A DNA stretch of 63,519 bases, the filler included, from Parasitella parasitica NRRL 2501 (taxonomy: Eukaryota > Fungi > Mucoromycota), in the NCBI GenBank assembly GCA_025201805.1. It is 10 parts of 10 records of this genome, joined end to end, with 100 filler letters (N's around TTAATTAATTAA, not from the genome) between each part and the next. Parts side by side here need not be neighbours in the genome. Positions count along the whole stretch, not along the records: positions 40,779 to 44,058 come from MU619292.1; positions 44,159 to 46,544 come from MU619308.1; positions 46,645 to 49,630 come from MU619546.1; positions 49,731 to 51,576 come from MU619597.1; positions 51,677 to 57,903 come from MU619283.1; 5 more parts are not named here. One strand, written 5' to 3'. This document shows positions 41,788-52,218 of the stretch, in pieces (within the stretch, counting starts at the first letter, position 1; every line of letters begins with the position of its first letter). The notes below the pieces were generated by a model. It had not been told where the DNA came from. It made no database searches and was given only the letters and a program-made list of their open reading frames with translations. The position numbers were made by a program, and so were the translations under genes.

Positions 41788-42670
41788 TTCAGTACGCTTT
41801 GTCTGAACTAATAGAAGATAAAAAAAAAATAGAACGAAAAGCGTACTAGAGATTTAAAAAACTCTGTATTTATATCTATTTTTCAACTCTATCATGGCGC
41901 CAAGCTTTCAATTGATATATTGATTGCTGTGAGTTGTAATAATCTGCATGATATATTGATTGTGAAATTAAAAAACAACCATGTAACAACTTTTTTGCTT
42001 TATTTGTGTGAGTGAAATAGAGCATTTACTTTCATTATTCAGAGTATGAGGCGACTTTAACTATCCCTCCCTAACCTCTTCTTCATTTTCTTATTTTAAT
42101 TTAGATGTAATTTATTGTAATTGCGGTAATAAAGAAAAAAAATTGGTTACATGATCGAAGTTATTCACTCAATATCAATAAATGATGGGTATCAGCATAA
42201 GTTATAAAGTAGATTTTAGGTTTTCATTTTATAGAATAGGTAGACTCAAAATAAAACAAAAACAATAAGAGAAAACAAAGCAGTGAGTTAAATATAAGTG
42301 CCTGTGTGAGCTTTTATTCTGACTGAATAAATCTTTAGATCCAAGATCATGTCCTTTATATACATTAAACGCTGCTTATTATATGACTGAACAAATTCAT
42401 ATGAAATTATCAGCTTTTCTGATGCATTATTATGGCAACATTGGCACTTGTACTGAATCATAAGCCTACTATTACAGAGTTTAAGCAATGACTCCAACAA
42501 AGACCTAATGACCTCATCTTTTCTAGAATTGATAAAAGCCCTGAGTTCTCTGTAGTATCATAGCATAGTATTCTGATAGCCTATTTATTACTTTTCATGC
42601 TAGATATAATAGGACTATACCCTCTTGTTCACGCATTTGGCCAAAACTAGGCGTGTCTCAATATATTCTA

Positions 42671-42803
42671 CTTTCATGTTGATGTATCATTTCCATACTG
42701 GCGTCTCATTTTTATAATCGTGTCCCAATTTCATACTGGTGTCCCATTTTCATATTGCTGTCCCATTTTCATACTGGTGTCCCACTTTCATTGCGACGTC
42801 CAA
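42671..42803. repeat. Minisatellite, 7 x 19 bp (consensus TTTTCATACTGGTGTCCCA)
   Basis: Seven head-to-tail units with an exact 19-bp period. Confidence 0.92.
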
Positions 42804-43799
42804 ATTCAATTTCAAAATGACCCAAATTTTTTCTTACTGGCCCAACCTAGTTTCGTCGACTGTAAAAACGATTTATATGTGCTCGCTATTCAAACATTTT
42901 TGAAAAAGCGTTAACCGAGTGATGAATAAATGTTCGAATGTGCTTGAAAGGAACTGAATCGCATGCCTCAGAAATTCTAGTAGTCAAACTTTCAGTGTCC
43001 CTTCAATTCAGGAAAGCAGTTCATCCCATCCATGGTTTTTCCAAGAAAGTTTAGTTAATGGCTTATGACAGTAACTTTTCTAGTGGTACAATTGCGATAA
43101 TAAAATGACTCTTGATGGATCAGTCTATCTGAGTTTTCTCAATTCTACTGAAGCTACAAAGTTTGCTTAATATTGTACGCAATACTAGGGATGTCTTTTA
43201 AAGACCCTCCTTTTGAGAGCTACATATTAATGTTGAACACAGACTCAACAACAAAAGTGCAATTCTCGAAAAAATTCATGTCTGTTGTAGTGCTGTGATG
43301 TATTCGCAAGTACATCTTTAATAAAAGTCAAAAAAAATAGACAGACAATTAATTAATGATCTTTATTCAATTGAAAAAAACACCTTTTATCTATATAATT
43401 AAAAAAATGGAGTCTGCTAACTTTTTTTACACGCTTCGTAAAAAAAAACAGCCGCATTAAAATCGCTTGAAGCTCAAGAATAAAGCAAAACAAACCTAAA
43501 CCAAGAAGAAATGGAGTTAACAAATGCTTTAGTTGGTTATTTCAGTTCCATTCCAGTTTGTTAAGTTTTGAGAAGTCGGCGTTGAGCCAAGCACATCCTC
43601 AATTTCAGAAACTAATTAAAAATACTTTAACACGTCAGTAAAATATGTGCATATGAAACAAAACATGAAATAGACGATCATGTACATTTAATTTAAAATT
43701 AAAACTCTCTTAACAAAGTGAATAATGTCGAAATTCGAGCGAACGCTCTGTTTTATTTAATACAAATATGTTGACACTTTTTATTACTACAAACACAAA

Positions 43800-44021
43800 G
43801 TGCCTGCTATTAGAATCTGCTCAAGCTGTGGTCAAGAAGGCCATTTGCGTTCTGCAAGCAGGCTTTGCCTCAATAACACCCGTGCTAATACTAGCACTTG
43901 CGGGAGCTGTGGAGTTATAGGCCATCATCGATCTTCTTATCGTCATTGCACTGACAACATTGCTAATCGCATGACTCAAATTTGTTTTCACTTTACAATC
44001 ATATTCGAACTCTTTATATAA
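43800..44021 (+). pseudogene. Tandem CX2CX4HX7C zinc-knuckle ORF fragment, probably transposon-derived
   Basis: CSSCGQEGHLRSASRLC and CGSCGVIGHHRSSYRHC; starts at GTG; close to contig end. Confidence 0.5.
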
Positions 44022-44385
44022 ACTGGGATCTCAATCTGAAACTATGAAAGTAGATCAGNNNNNNNNNNNNNNNNNNNNNNNNNNNNNNNNNNNNNNNNNN
44101 NNTTAATTAATTAANNNNNNNNNNNNNNNNNNNNNNNNNNNNNNNNNNNNNNNNNNNNAGTGGAATGCAGATCATCATGGTGAATGTATTTCACAGTATG
44201 TAAAATAATGTAAAGTTAAGTTTACGAGAGAAAAAGGCTGTTTATCATCTACAATGTTGACATATGCAAAGCATATGCAACTTGCAGTAAGATTGATCAA
44301 TTACTATATAAAGATGTGTAACCAAAAATTTACACTACAGCTACTTGCACATATCATTTGTATAGTTTCTCATTCTGATAAATCA

Positions 44386-46544
44386 AGATGGTTTTAAAGC
44401 CTAATAATCGATTTAGTTTGATGTAGAATTCAAAGGCTGCCAAAAAACATTTAACAAAAATATGCATTGCTATAATTACTTATTATTTCTGGAGATAGAG
44501 TATTAGCGCAAGTTGCAATAATGGTAACATATTTCTGAGCTTGAATTTACCAGTGTGAATATAGACCTTTAGTAGTGAAGCAGCTATTTCAATTGAGGAG
44601 CAAAACATGAACTCCATAAGAAATCTGCTTATGTATAAATATGGCTCAATGGCCAAGATGCTTTCAAATATGACTTTAATAGTTATTTTTATGTATCTTT
44701 ATGTTTTGGTTAAAATAAATACTACCTAATTATGACCATCACCTTTTTCCCCGCTTAAAAGCATCTACAATCTCTGATATCTTTGCGTACTATTAAGCGA
44801 TAGAGACACAACCTTCAGCCAAAATCGTCTTTTTTTGCAGCATTTTACAATATATCCGAGTTTTATGCATGTATGGCCATGTTTCAGATTTTGCTATGTT
44901 TGGACCCTAAACCTGATATATTCGATTTTCAGTTTTCAACTTTGGGTCAACCTTCAGGGTCATTTTTAGGTTCGGATTTGGGGTGCAAGGCAAGTATACA
45001 TCCAAGTACTGGTATGATAACTGTACATAACCACGTCTTCTGATTCTCGATATCTATCTTTGCTGTTAAGATATTGCCAAAACCAAATTTTGCAAATTTT
45101 TCAAATTTTACAGCATATGTTCCTATAACAAGTACCAAATTGTACAATTAAATCATGCTCGAGTTCCTAAGTAAAGTAATAAAGCACGTTTTGGTACATC
45201 TGCTGGTAATAAACATGTCGTATTTAAGCTCGAATTCAACAAGCTTGGGTCAATTTTGTCTTTTTAGGTTAAATTTTGTTCCCCTGTTTCTCAAAAAACT
45301 ACTATGACACTTTGGCTTGAGTGATTATTAAAATCTTTTTGAAACCTGATCCTCTACTAGATTTATTAGGTTTTACATATACATGTACAGAAAAATATTT
45401 TTTCATATGTTTTTAGCAAAAGCTTAATTTATTTTCGTAACTTACAGAGCAATAAATGGTACATAACGATATATGATATAGCAATACATAAATAAAGCTA
45501 CATCATAGCTAAGGAAAGGTTTTTGTTTGGTCAAAAAATACCAATTTCTGAGAGAGAAAATTTCGAAAAACGGAATTGATTTTTACCCTTTTGAATGGCT
45601 TCATTTTGGCCCTCTAAGTATAGGACCGAAAAATTGTAGATGCATTTTGGTCGAGACAAAATTTTGATTTTTGGCAGATATAACAAAGCTACAGTTATAA
45701 ACAAGATATTGATGTGTAGGTATTGACATGATGGTTTGGTTGATCAACTTTATAGAGCTGAATGTGCTCAAAATATGCTTGATTTTACTCAAAAACTATC
45801 AAAAAAGGCGTTTTTTGAATATTTGAAAAGTGGTACTAAGAAAAGATGCTTCTATACTCTTGCAATCTATATGGTTGGATGCAGAATTTATTTCTTGTCA
45901 TAAAACACTTAGTAAGCATATCCGATATACATATTGCGTTTATGAGATATCTAGCAATGAACCATGTGCAAAAAGCTCGAAATTTGGTTTGGGTCAAATG
46001 GAAACATAGTGCTGAGATTCAATCTACGGATTTTTTTTTCGCTGTAAATGAGTCCAACACCTATTTTCAATTGAAGAGCAAAGCATGATTCTAATAGGCA
46101 CCTTGAGTATGTCTCCATATGAATCGATAACTGAGATACTGCATAATACAGGCTAAAACCATTTTTGTATACCTTTATTTTTGGATGAAATAAATATCAT
46201 CAAATCTGAAGTATTACTTCTTTTTCTGCTTAATAGACATAATTTGCAATTACTGATATCTTTACAAACTATTAAGCGATGAAAACATAAATTTCAGCCA
46301 AAATATCTCTCGTATAAACTATTCTTCTACAACATATCCAATTCTCAAATATCTCTGACCTTGATTCGGATTTTGGGATGTTTGGACCCCAAACCTCTTA
46401 TTCAATTTTCAACTTTGGGTAAACCTTCAGGGTATTTTTAGGTACAGATTTGGGTGCCAAGGAAGGTATACATCCTTATACTAGTACAACAGCTGTATCT
46501 CCACACCACGCATTCCGAATTCCAATATCTATTTTAGTTGTCGA
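44386..46544 (+). repeat. Repeat family A, copy 3 (longest)
   Basis: Colinear with 9935-11657 and 1-1265; 44740-45060 is internally repeated at 46220-46544. Confidence 0.93.
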
Positions 46545-46902
46545 NNNNNNNNNNNNNNNNNNNNNNNNNNNNNNNNNNNNNNNNNNNNTTAATTAATTAA
46601 NNNNNNNNNNNNNNNNNNNNNNNNNNNNNNNNNNNNNNNNNNNNTTATAAGTTCTGTTTTACGCCATTTTCAAACGACGATATCTCGACAACTACGATAC
46701 ATCCATCTTGCATCCTTAGTTTACTAGATACATCCGTTTCTGTCCTACAACATATCTCAATTTCAACTCAAGATCACTTGTTTTAACTGTTTTATTCAAC
46801 TTTTTCACTTTTTGCAACTTTTTTGATTCGCAGGCTACAAACACCACAAAGTTACACTCCATATTTCAACTTAGAAATTTTCAGGTGAATTTTTTCCTAA
46901 CA

Positions 46903-49624
46903 ATGGCTGAAAACTCTCCTCAAGATTTAGGTACCACTTGGGCCACTTTGGCTTCTCGTAATGTCCCAACCAAGATATTACAACCTAGTCGCCAACGTAT
47001 GACTATCAAGGACTCTATTCCTTTGGTAGGAACGGTGTTATACGAAGATGTTGACTTGAAAAGTCAAATTTTGGCTCACAAGGCTATGGCTATTGTACAG
47101 CAAGCCTTAACTTCTGGATCTGTTTTGTTCTCCTTTGCAAAAAGGTTATTTGGTGATCGTGTGGAAGCATACAAGTTGATCCACTCTCAAATTTCGGCTG
47201 CTGTGGAGTTTAGACCTATCAGTCTTTATGATAATAAAGATGATGGGTCTCTTTTGATTGAGGCCAAGTTCGACAAGCTTGAAGATGCTGAAAAGGCCAT
47301 GACTACTGGCATTACTGTTAATGGAATCATTTACAAGGCCAGTTCTACTCAGCGAGTTTGACTGTTTCGTCTCAGCGGATTACAAGGGTGCGCCTCCTGT
47401 TTGCCATTTCTGTAGACGTAGTGGTCATATTCGCGCTAAATGTCCTGACTTGGCGCAAAGAAAGTGTTTTGGCTGTAACAAGACTGGCCATATGATTCGT
47501 TTTTGTCCAGAGGCTGCTGGTAAGAAGCCGGACTATGTTAAGAAGCAGAAGATTTCACATGTTGACACCACTGAAGAGCCATCTCAAGATGCAGTCGAGC
47601 ATGGTAAGGCTCGTGAAGCAACAATCGCTCTGCTAGACGTTGTTCAGCAAGCCAAGACTGGCCGTGATGAGGCGGCGATAGTTGATGGTAGCAAGGCCGG
47701 TGAGCTGGTGGGATTGGAAGAAGCCGAGTCTTCTTGTTCAGAGGTGAATGATGTCAAGACTCTTTTGGATGAGGAAATGCTTTCAGCTGATGAGGATGAA
47801 AGCAATGACGATGTTATGCTGCCTGGCCGCCGTGTTGGTACTGAAATCGCCTATCAGGAGGGTAGTGCTGCTTCGAAGTTTGCTTCAGTCACTGTTGCTA
47901 GGGACATGGTTGTAGACAAGCATGAGGAGATGATGAAGCTCAGTACTTTGCAGTCTCGCACTCAAGAGAGGTTGAAAGCTTTCGATGCTAAGCTGAAAGC
48001 TGGATCTAGGCTCTCTGGTTTTACTGGTAATGTCAAGGCTGGCGACTGTCGGTTTTCGCCTATTAATTGAAGGTTGAATGTCATCTCAATTCCAATATTG
48101 ACACTGACATTCAAATGCAATTGTATAAAGACTTTTAGAAACCAGGACCAGAGCAATCCTGGCTTCCTTTTCAATCTTTAATAAAGACCCTACGTTCTCC
48201 GTGATATAATCGCTTGTAGTCTCTTTATTTAATTGTCTTTGGAAATAATCGTTATTCATATAACTCTCAGTTTCGTCCTGGTGTTGCTTGGTCGACCTTG
48301 TGTCTTCCTCGCAAGTTTGGTGGATATAGCAGATCAGGGCCTAGCTCTGCATCTTGTCTATTTGCAACGTTTGTTGCGTCCACCCTCCTCGGCCAATTTT
48401 GTCAATGCTTGGTTGGTTTATGCCTTCCAAGTATACACTGGCCACAAGTCTGTCTTGCCCTGGTTCTGTTTTCCTGAAAAGCTCAAATATCGTGTATCGT
48501 CTGTTCCTGTCCTTTATCAATTAAGCAAACTTCTACTGAAATTGCCAAAGTTGCTGCCTGCTCCGGCATGGTCTTCTCGTTGGTATCTTGATTTTCCGTT
48601 GTGTTGTATTCTCTCTCCTGTGTCTTCCAATTCTACCTCATTCAATCCTGCGTCTATTGCTCCTCGGTACCTTTTATCCGATATCAGTACTTGGCAACCT
48701 GTTCTTGGCATGGTCGATTGTGTAACTCGCCTGGATGGGTTATCGCCTACTTTGCGCCATGTGGATATGGCTATTCGTTCGACTTCAAGTGGACCTCCTA
48801 CTCTTAGTTTACCTGATGTTATTGAGTCTAGTCTTGTTTTGTCTCCTGACATGTATTACGTCACACCTCGGTCTGCTGTCGCTTCGGCTTGGATGCCTGA
48901 TTGTTCCCACTGGAAAGTGTCCAACTCGTCTCGTTCGTCTGTTCTTCTTGCTCGTCTGTCTCTGAAGGCCCTACGAAGGTATTGGCATCCCGCAAGGGAC
49001 ACCATTACCTCTCGTATGGGTCCTCCTCTTCAACTGCCTGCTCATTTGCGTCTTCGACCTTCTTCCTGGCGTCTTTTTTGGTCTCTTCCTCTGCCTGCAA
49101 AACCGTTTACACCATGGTGGCGTTTATTACATGACCGCATTAGTCATCGCTCCTGGTTGCATCGAATTGTACCGGACAAAGTGCCATCTCCTATGTGTGC
49201 TCTTTGTGGTATTGATACGGAGGACCTCTATCATTTTGTTGTGGGTTGCTCTTATAAAGAAGACTATTGGCGAGATGTTGTATCCTTGTTGTCTTTGCAG
49301 GATTTGTTTCCCTCTAGCCTTGCTATCTGGACTGCTTTAACATCTTTTTGTTCCTTAAATATGGCAGAATTAGATGAGGATTTGCTGGTTGCACTTGGTG
49401 CTGGGTTTACAACGCTCTGGAAATATCACTGGCGAAGTGTCATAGACATGGAACCTTGGATACCTTCTGTTGCTATTAATATTTTCAAACACGATCATAG
49501 TTCTTTAATTTCTTCTCTTTTGTCTCCTACAGGTGTCCAAGCTGACCCCTTGACCCTGTCTATACTTAATACATAATTCATACTGAAAGATTAATAAAGA
49601 TACACTTTTCATACAAAAAAAAAA
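46903..49624 (+). mobile_element. Internally deleted L1/Tx1-like LINE: ORF1 plus ORF2 C-terminus and poly-A
   Basis: ORF1 (TWATLAS; CHFCRRSGHIRAKC; CFGCNKTGHMIRFC) with frame break near 47355; zf-RVT WRLFWSLPL..WWRLLH..CALCG..EDLYHFVVGC; AATAAA 49593 and A-tract 49615-49624; no EN or RT. Confidence 0.9.
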
Positions 49625-49730
49625 TTTATANNNNNNNNNNNNNNNNNNNNNNNNNNNNNNNNNNNNNNNNNNNNTTAATTAATTAANNNNNNNNNNNNNN
49701 NNNNNNNNNNNNNNNNNNNNNNNNNNNNNN

Positions 49731-51576
49731 AAGCAGGAGGAGTGATTGGGTTAATGACTGTTGGAGCGTTGAAATTTACAACAGTTTCGGTCGGATGTTC
49801 CAAGCCATAGAAACTCAAGGCATCTTCATTGTTCATTGCATTGAGATCTGCAGCCGATTCCTCAACTATTGGTTGTAGCCATCCACCTGTAGGCTCGTTG
49901 TTGTAGGTGGAGTGATTCCAAGCATAGAAAATGTTATTGAACAATTGCGTCTCGTCTGCTTGGGGAAAAACCATTGAATTGTAGTCTTCTAACCACCATT
50001 GATCCAGATCAGAAGAAAGAAGGAACTCCTGGTATGGTGGCAAGGGCGAGTTGTTGGTAGGCGCAACTTCGGTGATGATAGGTGTAGTAGGTTCTAGATG
50101 CGTTTCCTCAATTGAAACAGTGGTGATGATAGGCTCATCTTCGATTGTCATGGATGTGGACGAGGAATACTCAGTCGAGGTGTTGTCTGCGCTTGATGCT
50201 GCATGGCTGGAAACAATTATTTCATCTTCTTCGTCATCTCTGCGGACAGGGACGCAGCGACCTTTATGAAGACAATTCAACTCGATAGTCATGGTATCGA
50301 AATAAAGATCTGGATTGTGGCGTCGCAACCAAGGCATTCCCAAAATGATTGAAAAACTGGCACCTTGAATCACACGCAGCGTGATTAATTCTTCGTGCAT
50401 GGTATTTTCCAGACGCAATGTTATAGTGGTAGTCGAGCAACTGGTGTATACCGAGTTGTTGGCCAGTCTAAAGTACATTTCTTCACCAGGAAGGCAGTGT
50501 TCAACCTCAAGATTAAATTGTTGGACCAGTTCCCAAGAAATAAAGTTTGAGGAAGCGCCCGTATCTATCATGGCTTCAGTTGTTGTAAGAAATTCTTCAT
50601 TATCACCATAGTAAAGCAAGGCTGGCAAGATAAATAGTGCAAAGTGGTCCGACGAAGCTGTCGACCTTATATAACCCAAATGTTGATGTTGGGCGAGTCT
50701 TGGTCTCTTGGCGGCAGGTACACCATCATGGTAAGAGCGCATGTTAATGATGGCTTGGTTGATGATTGATCCAAGAGAACCTTGTACTTTGTTGGGCTTG
50801 TTGGGGCAATTTAATACTTGGTGGTTACCTTCACCACAGTACATACAGAGATTGTTCAGTCTTCTGAACTCTTTGACGGTAGCAGACAATGGTTTGTACG
50901 TGTTAATGGCACCTAGTTCCATGGGAGTAGCAGTGGATGAAGCTTGAGAAGTAGTATTCATTTTGTTTAAGTTATTAATTTGAGGATAATAAGTTCGATT
51001 ATTGGGATTTTTGAAGTTGCTTTTATACTGATTGGAATTCCTCTGGGCGTTGTGAAAGTTGGATTGCTGCTGTCTATGGGTGTTGTTATTTTGGTTATGG
51101 TTTCTTGAGGAGTTGCTGCTGTTGCTCGTGTGTTTCTGCACGGCATAGAACAAGTTATCTATTTCTATTGAGGAGGACATCAACTCATCCAGCGTCTTGC
51201 ATGCTGGTCGACGTGCCAACTCCTTGATAATAAATTCTTTCAGATTCAGTTTATATTGGGACATGAGAGCTATGTCGTTCCATTTAAGCAACATGCTTAA
51301 ACGTCTAAATTCAGTTGCGTAGATGGCAACAGGTCCAGTTTGCTTCAGAGAGCGAATAGCCGACTCGGCGTTAATTATCGGGTTACTGTCACCAAATGCC
51401 TTGGTGATCAGATCTTTGAATGACTCAAAACTAGTCAAAATCTCGGGTGGTTCAGCAGAATCAATTTCCTGTAGGTAAGGCTCCATATAGGAGAAGACTA
51501 CACCTTGCATGTATGATATGGCGTACAGAATTTTGTTCTTATCATTTGAGAACCTTACAGGGTTGGAGGCAAAGAC
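49731..51576 (-). mobile_element. Ty3/gypsy LTR retrotransposon gag-protease ORF, open across the whole contig
   Basis: KILYAISYMQG, LKQTGPVAIYATEFRRL capsid; PMELG; CMYCGEGNHQVLNC knuckle; AMIDTGASSNFI and IILGMPWLRRHNP protease. Confidence 0.92.
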
Positions 51577-52218
51577 NNNNNNNNNNNNNNNNNNNNNNNN
51601 NNNNNNNNNNNNNNNNNNNNTTAATTAATTAANNNNNNNNNNNNNNNNNNNNNNNNNNNNNNNNNNNNNNNNNNNNAGCTACTTCCTCGGTGATGTTTTT
51701 ATGTCGTAGTATTTTTTGTTTATATGGAGACCTTGGTCCCGATTTTATTTCAGTGAAATTTAATGTATCCGTATAACCACTCGAAAAAATTAAATAAACA
51801 TATTCAATCAGAAAAATAGAATACCCATTGGCTGATATGGTTTTTGAGTTACTGAAAATGGATAGACTTCCCCTTTGGGAAAAAAATATCAAAATTACCT
51901 TTTATTTCAATATTTTTCTCAAATTAAAGGTGCCCTGGAGAGACTTGAGGGCCTTTATGAGAGTCTCCCAACTGTTTTTGATATTTTGTAGATATACCAA
52001 GGTAGAGTGTTAATTGTATATCTTACTGATATTGAGGAATAAATAAATCAAAACAAGTAGCTTTCGATATATAATTTATTGTCTGACAAATTATATGAAT
52101 TGCCTGTATAATAATGAGGCGAGCTCATATACATGTTAAGAGCAAAAAAAAAAAAGAGGCATATGTAAGTATTAATTATTTTTTGAAATAGTTTATATTG
52201 TAAATGTTATAAATATTA

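Noticed and set aside
42671-42803. CRISPR-like array
   Set aside because: Units are head-to-tail with no unique spacers, and the context is eukaryotic with no cas genes
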